Shown piece by piece: positions 54,401 through 64,000 of a stretch of 64,000 bases of DNA. Source of the DNA: Acanthaster planci (lineage: Eukaryota); the NCBI RefSeq assembly GCF_001949145.1, contig NW_019091362.1, positions 3,116,805 to 3,180,804 on the forward strand. Direction: 5' to 3'. Numbering within the stretch: position 1 is the first letter of the stretch; every line of letters begins with the position of its first letter. The position numbers and the translations under genes are program-made. The notes beneath the pieces were generated by a model. The model did no database searches and was not told where the DNA came from. It saw only the letters and a list, made by a program, of their open reading frames with translations.

Positions 54401-57400
54401 ATGTCTCAACTTCAGCTTTTAATTTGGAATGTATTGTAGTTCAGGAATATCTGTAAAACAAACTCAACACATCTCCCCAATCTTGACAAATCTGCCTCTG
54501 GAAATGTGCCAGGATGTATTGAACCACATGTATATTCTGTGACTAGCCTGATTTGGCTTGATTTTTGAAGGGACTAATTGAAGTCCGTGGTATTTGATAC
54601 ATATATGATGATTTGCAGGACTAAGCGCAGACTAAGAAGCCATGTAATACTGCTGTAGCAGTTGGTAGAAACCTTGGCCGGTCCACTGCAGGATAAGCCA
54701 ACACAGATTAGCCAAAAACTATGCATGCCCAACACAACCAAAGAGAATTTCTTTATTCCACCGTCTAACAGCATTTTCCTACAAAAACTTACACTGCGTA
54801 AGATAAGCTTGTCAAAGGCATTTGAAGATTATTTCAGCAACCTGTTTGCTTTGTGAAATTCTCAGGATAAATACAAAAACAAATTGGATTTGTTGGCATA
54901 AATTGACAGGTATGTACACTCTCCCGACAACTTCAAAGTTGATTCATGTAAAGAATTTAACAAAAACACCTGCCAACTGGTGAGGTATCCTAATCCATCC
55001 CTGGAGAGGGGGAGGGAGGGAGGGGTGGATAACTTCTGCCTCAGAAAACAAGTGGAATTTCTGCTGGATTGAGCAAAGTTAACGATCTTCTCCATCAACA
55101 ATGGCCATTGGGTAAACTGTTCCAAAGAAGTTGAAGGAACTGTAACATGGACATTGTAAAGGAATTCTTTGTACATGTACCGGTATGGTTGGAGCAGTTC
55201 ACCCTTCCAAACAGATAATTTTGCACGACACAAAAAGTGGGAAGAAGAGGAAATTTTTCTCATTTTTCTCAGTGATTTCTTCCCAGCAAGTTTATTCCAC
55301 CAAGTAGAGAGTTTTGGGAGTGCCTGTTCATCTATGGGGACATGTTAATACTGTGTTTAAAATGGCAAGTATTTTTAACATATTGGTGCACAAACCCAGT
55401 GTTTCAAGACTGAGCTCACGCCATAATGGAAGTGATGCTTAAGTTTTATCAATGAAGTCAATTCCTTTACTTACATCACTACATGTACTTTGTATATTTT
55501 TTAATACTGTTTGAAACCTTATGAAGCTATGTGCAAAACATATACATCTTTCCTCCAAAACTTTCACATTTGCTCTGGCTGCAAGATCCTTTTCAAGTCA
55601 ATCTACCTCCATGTACTTTCTCTTGTTTATACGTGAAATGTTTATTAAACTGCTGCACTTAACTTTGCAGCTCGTTCAGTGGGCAGTTGTTTTTAATTGA
55701 GTAATGTTTATCTGCAGAGCCGCAAGCGCCTTAAATCTTGCAGGCGGTAGCTTAACTCCAATCGGTACAAACCGGAAATCCTGCAGGAAATGGAAGAGAT
55801 AAATCTCGTAAGCCAGTGCCTCACAGTTGAGCCAAGGCCAGTTTTGCAATCATGTAGGATTCCAGTTGTCATGACAACGAGTGTGACGTCATTGAAGCAC
55901 AAGCTGGCTCGCCTTGCAGCACAGCAGACCAGTAATTAGTCATCTTGGAATTCATGAGAAATGTGGTTATTGTGTTTTTTGATACAGTAGTACACATGTT
56001 TGGCAGTAGAGCATGTTGAAAGCTTGTCTCTTTAATGCCACTTCTTTTCTTTGTAGTTGGATCTCATCCGTGCCGAACTGACAATGGAGGCTGCAATCAC
56101 ATTTGCCTGATATCGGGCAAAGATGGCCGCGAACGGGTGTGCCGATGCCAGCAGGGCTTTGTCTTGGAAAACAAAACCACTTGCATTGGTAAGTCATGAT
56201 ATACCAGGTGGAAGGAAAATGGCCAGCAAACTAGGGCTAAGATGTTGGCTGCATGACGTACTTTTGGAAGTCAGTGTCGTTGAGACCAGAGTTTGTCTAT
56301 GTACGTGTGTCTCCTTTTCCCCTATGGTTAGTTCCATGGAAATTGACAGTCTATCTAGGTGTTAGTCTTACGATAGTTTGTTCCTAATTTTTTACTCTTT
56401 TTTTTCAATCAGGGTAAAGCCCTGTCTGTTATAAAATGCTTTCACTAATGGCCCGGGGGGGGGGGGAGAAGACAGTGAAAAATGTTTGGTTTTAGAGGTG
56501 GTAGGAAAACCCGGGGCAACTAGTCCTGGGAAGACCTGCGGAATCAGGTAGTGACATTTAACAGGGAGTGACATTTAACCCACATGTTGGCCTTGGCAGG
56601 ATTCGAACCCTAGTCACAGAGATTGAAGGTGAGGGCAGTACCATCACAATGATTCCCTTGAACCCCTTGAGCCCACGGGACTTCCATGAAATATTCCTTA
56701 GTAGCCTCTCGACTTAACTGAAAAAACAAATCAAACTAAAATCCTCTTAAGTTAAGGTTTGATAGCCCCCGTTCTCCAACAGATCATTTACCTTGAGTTT
56801 TGCTATGTAGCATAGCAAGACTTGAGTCTGAGAGGAAAGATGGCCAAATTTGCACAGTAATTTTAGTTATCTCCCAATAAAACCCACAACTGTTTTCTTT
56901 CACCAACAAATGTGCCAACTTTTTGTCTTCCGCGTTTCCACCTCTAGAGAACAGAGACAACTCCAGGTTCCTCATCTATTGCCAGAGTTTCCCCGGCTCC
57001 ATCCACGGGATACCGATGGAGCCGGTATCCGACAATCTGGAGGTGATCATCCCCATCATCAATCTGGAGAGCCCCCGGGCAGTGGACTACCACGCCGCCC
57101 AGGAGTACATCTACTACGCCGACTCCAACAGCTACGTCATTGGACGCCAGAAGATTGACGGCACGGGTGCACAGAAAGTGATTGAGGACAGTGAGTTCCA
57201 CCTGGCCTCATTTTTTTTTTTTTAAAAAGGCTGTTATCTCTTGATGAGCCTTAATTATTTGGCAATTCCATGCCATAATCGATTCCAAACTTGGAATTGG
57301 ATTGATAAGTCCACGTATTTCAGGAATCAATTTCCCCAGGGTGATTGATTTTGCTTCCAGATTATTTTCAGAAAAGGTTAGTTTAAATCCAGAAAGGATT

Positions 57401-60400
57401 TCTATTGGCCTGTGTCCAATTTCCTTGAATTGTGTACTTGAAGGTTCAATTTTCAAAACCATCTTAGGACAGTTGAGCATGTAACATATTTAATGTCTTA
57501 AAGAATTAGGGCGATGAATTGACTGTTATGCATGCCACCTGCCATTGGATGCCTCTTTTTTAATTTTTGGTTTTTTTGGCAGTAAAAAAATTGAATTTAT
57601 TCTGAGTGCAGTTGTGATTCCCGGATGGAATTGGAATCAGGTCCAGAAGTCCTGGGATTACAAATTCTTCCCTGTAGCTAGCCCTAGCTTGGCAGAACGT
57701 TTCCTTCATTTCCTGCCTTGCCTTGCTGTGCCCTTAGGCGTGCTCTCAGTAATTGCAAGACTGTTTCTAATTCTAACAGCTTTTGATATGTGTGATTTGG
57801 GATCCGATGATTGAGAAACATGAACTAGGCATGTCACCAAAGCACTAATCACAGTAGTGCAGTAAAGCTATACTATAGAGTCCACATGTGGGCGTATTAT
57901 GAAATGTGACATAAAGGTATTTTGGTAGATGTCTGACGCAGCAAACTGTTGAGTACAGCAGTGGTCCACTGTACACTCAGAGTTCAGGAGGTCAGAGTTC
58001 AGAGTTTATTAAAGATTTCCAGAGTGAGAAACTGTCTGTCTCATGATGTCTTGGTTAAACAAGACCTGGTGTCCTCAAGAGGGACTCTAAAAATCTTTGA
58101 ACTCTCTGGTACAAAAAAAATTATCCAGTAGTTTCCCCTCGCCTCCATTTTGCCTGGTTTATATAAATAAGGAAGAAAAGCGTTGATGGAACGGTTTAAA
58201 CTGGATACGGGCCTGGCATCAGTAAAGGTCTAATCCACAATAAAGGAATTCCAAAAACCAAATATTTTTTTGTTCAGTACGTTTTTCATCAGTTTTACTA
58301 CCTGTTTTGTAAAATACCTGCTAGTCATATTTGTGATGTGTCCCGCATGTGTGCAGTGCTAAAATTCTCTTATATAGAAAGAGATACAAACATGTATGGG
58401 TGCAAACTGCACGAGAGCAGAAGGAAGCGATGCTTGTTTGGGGTGACTCATCTAGTTTTGGTTGTATCGCGCATACCGTTTATGAAGGGCTAGAGTCCAT
58501 ATTTAATTAAAGTACGTGTCAACATTTTAAATCAAAACGGAACATTGGTTAAAATGAGTTGGTTGATTCATCAATGGTTTAAAGCCAACTACGTGACCGG
58601 CTCTCAGCCAATAAGAGTGAGTATTATGTTTTACTGTAGTATAGACTTATCCGAGGAGATGCCATAACCGCGGTTGCTTTGCACTCACATGCGCGTTCCT
58701 GAGTTTGACTTGAGCATGCTCTTTGGCAAATCGCACTGTGCCACTCCAGTAACGTCTTGTAAGTCTGGTTGTCAAATTACGCTATGTCAAAAATGGACAT
58801 TATGCTTAACACACGTTTCCTCTTGTTGATGAATAGGGGTGAGCAACTGTGAGGGGATTGCTGTGGACTGGATCAGTGAGAATCTTTACTGGACCGACGA
58901 TGATTTGAAGACCATCAGTGTGGCTCGTCTGAATGGCACCCACCGCAAAACCATCATATCCGGCAACGTGACCCACCTCAGGGCGATCGTGGTGGATCCT
59001 GCTGAAGGGTAGGTGCATGAGTCTGTGTTTGAAAGTTCCGTTTGATTTCGGGGAGGGGGATGGTGGGAGGGGAGGGGAAGAAGATTTGCGTTAAGTGTTG
59101 GTCTTCACGTTGTTTGGGAAACGAGTTGGTATGGCTCTACCCTACCTTTCTTTCACTGTGCGATGGGCTCCAGTCCCATTCCTCTTGTAGGGAGTAGCGA
59201 ACTCTAACCACTGGGCCACACACCCCGAGAAATATTTGGCCTAGTTGCGGGGGTTTTTGACTCCTGATCAAAGGGTGTGGGGTTCGAATCATAACGGCTG
59301 GTCACATTTTGTGACGTTTTGTAAGCCACTTAACCCCTACTTGTCTGGGATGAATTTTTGAATGTTTATGGGCCTGGTTAGTAGGGATAATGATATCTGC
59401 ACACTGAATTTATGGAGTGCATCTTTTAAAGAACAGTTTGTTATTAGTATCTCATGATCTTCGTTGTGCTATTTCCCCTGTGAGTTTTATTAAGGGAATA
59501 AATACATGTATGTGCTTGGCTGGTCTTAAACGGGTTTAAGACCGGCTCAGGAGAATGGACATGATTGCGGCTCAGGCATTGTAAGCGGTTTACGTTTAAG
59601 ACTGACCAAGCACAAATTTATTCCCACTCATAAATACCTTTTTAGTCAGAGAGTCAAAAGAGGTCAATATATGATTGACTTGCAACAATTTTCTAGTCTT
59701 TTACTTTCATTTTCCTAAACACCCCCGTCCATTTTATGGTATATTCCTTGTGCAAGTTGTTTATAAGAGTCTCCTCATATGGACTTGGCGTACGCGTGGT
59801 GAGCCTTGTGCACACAGACTCTTGACCAGTCAGAATCGATTAAACTGTCTTGTATCCAGGTGCCAGTGCATGCTTTTAAAAACACAAGGGGCGTTATCAC
59901 ATTACAGCGGGCATTATCAAATGTTAATACTCTGTGGAGAAATTCTTATGTCATCATTCAAAATGTAAACATAGTAAGTAATGTACCTGTGGAATTTAAG
60001 GGACTCCACTTAGTGGCAGTGGACCTCAGTTCTTCTGGTTTACCCAGTTTGGTCCAGTGGATATGTAAACATGCAGATATTTTCCTGTGCACGTATTTTC
60101 CTGTGCACATGGGGGATGTCGGAATGCATCTCGGCAAATTCTGTATGTAGTACCGGGTGGCATTTGTCTTTGTACTGTGCTTACCTGATTCTCATTGAGT
60201 TTACACGCAGGCTCAAGCTAACGCTGAGAGGTCGAACACATGTGAAGACCCTTAAATCCTTTTGTGTCGAGGCCTCATATTGTAGGAGGAATCACGTTGC
60301 AACAAGTTTTTAAAAAAGCTGTAATGCAGTACAAAATGTCACTAATAAGGACCAGTGGGCACAGGATCACCTAGTTCCAAGGTACAAATTACTCCAATCA

Positions 60401-63400
60401 CTTCATGATCGCAATAAGGATGAAGAAGGGTGAGCATTTTGGAAGTCCAACTTTGTACAAGACGATGGTTGTGGTATCTTACAGTTTTGAAAACTTTGCA
60501 TTTTTCAGCCAAAAATGAAGCCATGTCTTTGACAAATTAGATTTGGGGTAATACCATCGGCAAGTGGTTAATATTGTTCCTCGTGGATTGGTTCCTTTGG
60601 GAACTGTGCAGGTACCTCTATTTCACCGACTGGGCAGAGACCATAGAGGAGAGCCACCTGGCGAAGATTGAGCGTGCCCACATGGATGGGTCCAACCGGG
60701 AAGCCTTCGTAACAGAGGGCCTGCTGTGGCCCAACGGCCTGAGCTTAGACAAGGACCGGCGCAAGCTGTACTGGTGCGATGCCTTCCACGACGTCATCAA
60801 GGGGGTCTCCCTGGACAACCGCACTGCCATAGAGGTCAGCATTCTCTAGTCGATGAACATTGACAATTCAAGATTACAAGTGTGGCAGGTTGGGTCATAG
60901 AGAAATAACATGAAAAGTTGTCAGATAGCGTTCAGTATTCAAATCTGAGTCATAAGTAAGGCTGGTACTTCCATTTGCCGATTTCCAGACATTTGTGGAA
61001 CTTATCGACTGGCTGTTGGGCATCATTTAATATGCCCCAATTTTTCCTGGCAGAAAGTGGTGTTGCACTTGAGACTGCTGCATCCGTTTGGTGTGGATTA
61101 CTACGGGGACTTCATCTTCTGGACGGACAACACCAGAGGAGAGTTGTACCGATTTGATCGCACCAGGGACCACCAGGGTGCTGTCAAACTGCGCAGTGGT
61201 GGTGTGCTGTTTGAGCTCAGGGTGTATGACCCTGAACGTCAGACAGGTGAGTGTGTAGCCACAGGTTTCCATTTGGTATATGTATTTTTAAAATTTGGAG
61301 TGTTTGAATGAGACTTAAATCTTGGTCACATTTATTGGGAACAGTCCCCTCATTCCTGGTCATTATCAAGTTGAATTCTTTGGCAAAAACATAATAGGAA
61401 AGAATTTGCTTGACATTCCTAACGTGAAGTGTCTTTTAATGACTTGACGAAGGATATTTGTCAAAAGATAAGAAAACGGGTTGAATGGTCAAAATGGTCT
61501 GATGTGGCATTCATCACTGATGATTCTCCACATACTAGGTGATTTTTTGTTTCTTGTATTCCATGAAAACTATTAACAAAGTGAAAAACACAGAAGATGT
61601 CTCACGTTGCTTGGATTTTTAAGGGAGGGGGAGGTGCTTTTTGCTCTCCTATCCATCCAGACAAAAGGATGCATGTTCCTCAAATTTTAATACATTGAAG
61701 AAAAACAACCCCCCAAAAATGAGCAACCTTTAACAACATCACCAAATTTTTTTGCCTGAATCCTGAACAGGGACAAACGCTTGCTCCAACAACAATGGGG
61801 GTTGCCAGGAGCTTTGCTTGCCAGTGCCCGGTGGCGGTCGACAGTGTGCCTGCGATGACAGACACAAGCTGGAGCAAGATGGGACAACATGCCTTGGTGA
61901 TTTGTAGTCTTTGGCTAAACTTCACGGGGGGGGGGAGTTTTTTTTTTGTAATGGATAGCTTTTGCATTCCTCGGTGTGGACTGGATGCAACTTGTTAACA
62001 GTGATGAGGGAGGGAGTGACAGGAGGTATGATCAACAGTTGGATGTCACTGAATCTTTGTACTCAGTGCTTTACAGGCTTGCGCATTGGCGCAAATCCGG
62101 GCTGGTGAGTGGGGTGGGGGTTGTGGAGGTCGGCAAGCCTAAAAATGCCCAGCCTTTGGAATTCTAACGGCCGCATCAGGGAGAGGATGCCACAATGACT
62201 AGGGAGCTTTGTTCGAGATGTGTACCATTTGGAAGTGGTGCAAAGTACCAGTCTTGAAGCGGCCAGGTCTGTCAAAATTGCTGGCGTTTGATTGATGTCT
62301 CAACATGAATCACCAAGAGTTTGTTGTCTGAACTGAATTTTTGTTTTAGATTAGTTGAAGAGGCAATCTCAGGGTTTTTCTTTCCTCTCTCGCATATTTG
62401 GTACGGTGTAAAGTCCTTGCAAATATCTTAGTGTGATTTTCTTATTCCAGTGAGATAAAATGTAGCTGAATGGGTTACAAACTTTACCAAGAATGCCTTC
62501 TTGTTCCTAAAACTTGCACTGTGTGTAAGACTAGTCTGGGGTCATGTAAAATGAGCCATTTCTTCGTTGTCGCTTTCATTGACCCGTTTTTGTCTGCAGT
62601 TGACCCGCAGTATATTCCACCGGACATTTGCGGCAACAGATTTGAGTGCAACAACGGTCGGTGCGTGGATCGAGTCTGGCTGTGCGATGGCGATAATGAC
62701 TGTGGCGATAACAGCGACGAAACCACTAGTTGCAGTAGGTTTTCCTTTCATTTGTCCATGATGTTACGAACACTGTCCTTTTAAAAGCAGTGATATGAGA
62801 GAAAAAGAGGGGATTTTTTGATGAAGTGGAATTTTCAACTAATGCATTCAAGAGTTCATCTTTCCTTAAAATTGGAGCAAAATCAAGGGGGATATATGCA
62901 CATACAGTTGTCAAAAATTTACAAACCTTTAGACCACAAGTGTTGAATCACTATTATTAAGACTGCTGATAGTTGGAAACAGGTGCAACAACTTGTTGTG
63001 TAGCTGATCAGAAACCACTTCCACTTTATTTGAACCTGTGAAATAAAAAGTATCAGTGTAAATTTTCTGATTGGTCAAATGTAGGAATGGAATGGTTTGC
63101 CGGGAATAAAGTCTGAGAAATTGTAATTCAGCACGCTTCAAGTCGAAGTGTTTGTTATCTTGCAAACACGACTGTGTTGTCAACTCCCCTTGAGTCCGAT
63201 TCAGCGATGGTTTGTTGACTTGCTTGTAGCTGTAAATTGTGTTTATGCCTGGGACCCGTTTATTTTGGATTGTTGAGTGTTATTTTTGTTCACCTTGTTT
63301 CTTGTTGTTTGCAGATGATACAAGGTGTGCCGAAAACGAGTTTACCTGCCGCAACAACAAGTGTATCACAAATCGATGGCTGTGCGACGGGGACGACGAC

Positions 63401-63446
63401 TGTGCCGACGGCTATCGTAGTGACGAGGCCCGAGATACTTGCAAGG
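18325..63446 (+). CDS. LRP1: LDL receptor-related protein 1 (LRP1/LRP1B ortholog group), 5' part, 19 exons, about 966 codons, 3'-incomplete
   Basis: All 19 exons join with GT-AG sites and consistent phases into one open frame (2899 nt). Domain order is SP-LDLa x3-EGF x2-YWTD-EGF-YWTD-EGF-LDLa. Peptides such as [58 protein letters not shown] and DPQYIPP are collinear with vertebrate LRP1 as I recall it. Confidence 0.93.
18781..18974. repeat. Perfect 21 bp inverted repeat pair (probable MITE remnant) in LRP1 intron 1
   Basis: aatgttgcatcctgactccac (18781-18801) and gtggagtcaggatgcaacatt (18954-18974). Confidence 0.8.
27493..27770. mobile_element. MITE with about 21 bp TIRs, piggyBac-like
   Basis: ccttacatacctagtgtggac ... 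gtccacactaggtatgcaagg (1 mismatch). Flanks ctta and ttag resemble a decayed TTAA TSD. Internal tgtggac/gtccaca repeats are present. Confidence 0.7.
38374..38539. mobile_element. Near-perfect palindromic MITE (about 165 bp fold-back)
   Basis: atagtgcgccaccaagagtttgcaacgcgttggccaatca is exactly mirrored by tgattggccaacgcgttgcaaactcttggtggcgcactat. A second, partial copy lies at 12107. Confidence 0.85.
40252..40362 (+). repeat. Tandem repeat, 3 x 37 bp
   Basis: tgatcacataaacat(t/a)tccctgtcacacagagagaaa x3, head to tail, with no spacers. Confidence 0.95.
44327..44443 (+). CDS. LRP1: LRP1 exon 2 (LDLa 1)
   Basis: gtgcag| [39 protein letters not shown] |gtaaga; 117 nt, phase 1-1. Confidence 0.95.
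45907..46032 (+). CDS. LRP1: LRP1 exon 3 (LDLa 2)
   Basis: gatcag| [42 protein letters not shown] |gtgagg; 126 nt, phase 1-1. Confidence 0.9.
46832..46984 (+). CDS. LRP1: LRP1 exon 4 (LDLa 3)
   Basis: cggcag| [51 protein letters not shown] |gtatca; 153 nt. Confidence 0.92.
47231..47284 (+). repeat. Tandem duplication, 2 x 27 bp
   Basis: tgaatgctgtcaagtacatgtaccatg x2, exact. Confidence 0.95.
47659..47772 (+). CDS. LRP1: LRP1 exon 5 (EGF)
   Basis: ccacag| [38 protein letters not shown] |gtgagc; 114 nt. Confidence 0.92.
47899..48033 (+). CDS. LRP1: LRP1 exon 6 (Ca-binding EGF)
   Basis: tttcag| [45 protein letters not shown] |gtaagg; 135 nt. Confidence 0.95.
48516..48655 (+). CDS. LRP1: LRP1 exon 7 (propeller 1 start)
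   Basis: cttag| [47 protein letters not shown] |gtcagt. NAGNAG acceptor gives an alternative start at 48519. Confidence 0.88.
48697..49175. mobile_element. hAT-like MITE in LRP1 intron 7
   Basis: Ends tgaggctg... and ...cagcgcta resemble TAGGGCTG/CAGCCCTA termini. GAATATT(C) subterminal repeats cluster at both ends. The 8 bp flanks aaaattac and aaaatttg match at 6/8. Confidence 0.65.
49535..49637 (+). CDS. LRP1: LRP1 exon 8
   Basis: gcatag| [34 protein letters not shown] |gtaagt; 103 nt, phase 0-1. Confidence 0.88.
50497..50659 (+). CDS. LRP1: LRP1 exon 9
   Basis: aaccag| [54 protein letters not shown] |gtattg; 163 nt. Confidence 0.95.
50744..50918. mobile_element. Tc1/pogo (Tigger-like) MITE in LRP1 intron 9
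   Basis: cagtcgaacctc...gaggctggactg followed by TA. Internal ttataacgag repeats are typical of this MITE class. Confidence 0.75.
52611..52833 (+). CDS. LRP1: LRP1 exon 10
   Basis: gcccag| [21 protein letters not shown]...[30 protein letters not shown] |gtaaga; 223 nt. Confidence 0.95.
53945..54125 (+). CDS. LRP1: LRP1 exon 11
   Basis: cactag| [60 protein letters not shown] |gtgagt; 181 nt. Confidence 0.94.
56057..56188 (+). CDS. LRP1: LRP1 exon 12 (EGF)
   Basis: ttgtag| [44 protein letters not shown] |gtaagt; 132 nt. Confidence 0.95.
56480..56648 (-). mobile_element. tRNA-derived SINE fragment
   Basis: B box (ggattcgaaccc on +, 56599-56610) and a ttttagaggtggtaggaaaacc block resembling the SINE at 11451. 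Confidence 0.6.
56948..57190 (+). CDS. LRP1: LRP1 exon 13 (propeller 2 start)
   Basis: ctctag| [24 protein letters not shown]...[28 protein letters not shown] |gtgagt; 243 nt. Confidence 0.94.
58837..59008 (+). CDS. LRP1: LRP1 exon 14
   Basis: gaatag| [57 protein letters not shown] |gtaggt; 172 nt. Confidence 0.95.
59237..59350 (+). mobile_element. tRNA-derived SINE fragment (CORE-like)
   Basis: A box tggcctagttgcgg and B box ggttcgaatc (59281), followed by tgtgac...aagccacttaacc, which resembles the CORE-type motif. Confidence 0.55.
59790..59930 (+). repeat. Interspersed repeat, copy 2 (partner 7790-7915)
   Basis: Reverse-complement match to copy 1. Confidence 0.85.
60612..60834 (+). CDS. 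LRP1: LRP1 exon 15
   Basis: gtgcag| [27 protein letters not shown]...LWPNGLSLD...[23 protein letters not shown] |gtcagc; 223 nt. Confidence 0.95.
61054..61246 (+). CDS. LRP1: LRP1 exon 16
   Basis: tggcag| [35 protein letters not shown]...[13 protein letters not shown] |gtgagt; 193 nt. Confidence 0.94.
61771..61896 (+). CDS. LRP1: LRP1 exon 17 (EGF)
   Basis: gaacag| [42 protein letters not shown] |gtgatt; 126 nt. Confidence 0.94.
62600..62734 (+). CDS. LRP1: LRP1 exon 18 (first LDLa of cluster II)
   Basis: ctgcag| [45 protein letters not shown] |gtaggt; 135 nt. Confidence 0.95.
63315..63446 (+). CDS. LRP1: LRP1 exon 19 (second LDLa of cluster II)
   Basis: ttgcag| [44 protein letters not shown] |gtatgt; 132 nt. 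Confidence 0.95.
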
Positions 63447-64000
63447 GTATGTGAAAGGTGTTCATTGTTCAACCAGCTATGTGAAAGATGGTCAACGGTT
63501 TGAAATGAAATACCTTGGACAGCCATAAGGGGTCAGTGTTTCCAAATTCCTGTGTTTCCGCAACGCAACAGTGTGAAAGCGTTCAACCCTCCAAAAGCCA
63601 GGGGGAGAGTGCCCCTCTCCCCATTACGTTTTTGCAGATATTGTTGTAACCTATTTAAATGGTGCTCAGCCTGTTTAGGAGATTTTCTGTTAATGTTTTG
63701 CAGTGATTTTGACACCAGCTTTATAAAAATAGGATATACCGTTCTTGTGAGATGTCCACATTTCCAAGACTTGTAGGCCAAAAACTTTGCTCACAGACTG
63801 ACATGTGTGAGCCAGAACTGTATCTATTCCTGGCAAGAAAACCCATCATAGGATTGAATTGAAACATCACAGATCAATTTACTTGTAGTCAATGCCAATT
63901 TTCTAAAAGATTGGTCATTGAACAGCATAGTCCACCCCCCTGTGTCATAAGTAAAAACCAAAGCTCCTGAAGAGTTCTGATCATACCTCACATGTACAGA

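Noticed and set aside
55718..55807. 90 nt cassette exon in LRP1 intron 11 (ctgcag...gtaagc)
   Set aside because: Stops in all three frames and no LRP-like sequence. Exons 11 and 12 already join correctly.
59050..59077. G-quadruplex-like G tracts (also at about 17260, 45470 and 55000)
   Set aside because: Homopolymer G/C runs are common throughout the window and nothing specific supports a function.
44327..63446. Alternative identity as LRP2/megalin, LRP4 or vitellogenin receptor
   Set aside because: Those have longer N-terminal LDLa runs. The short first cluster and the collinear propeller peptides match LRP1.

Overview
Eukaryotic, intron-rich animal genomic DNA. The repeat content and TACATGTA-rich composition suggest a marine invertebrate, possibly an echinoderm (inference). 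The main feature is the 5' part of an LRP1-type LDL-receptor-related gene on the + strand. I reconstructed 19 phase-consistent GT-AG exons by hand (18325-63446, about 966 codons): signal peptide, 3 LDLa, 2 EGF, YWTD propeller, EGF, propeller, EGF and the start of LDLa cluster II, with a 25.9 kb first intron. The gene continues past the window. Divergent from it on the - strand are the first coding exon of an SLC16/monocarboxylate-transporter-like gene (6680-6878) and a decayed fragment of a second SLC16 copy (about 13380-13504). The first 14 kb is mostly decayed transposons: a tyrosine-recombinase (DIRS/Ngaro) retrotransposon, REL-type and I-clade LINE fragments, tRNA-derived SINEs, MITEs and an assembly gap. 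Most entries in the ORF track are spurious. The most unusual signal is chained TA-xy-y'x'-TA palindromes (TACATGTA, TACCGGTA, TAGGCCTA, TACGCGTA), which look like accumulated excision footprints of TA-targeting DNA transposons. No prokaryotic system or CRISPR array is present. Family assignments come from recalled motifs; no database search was run.
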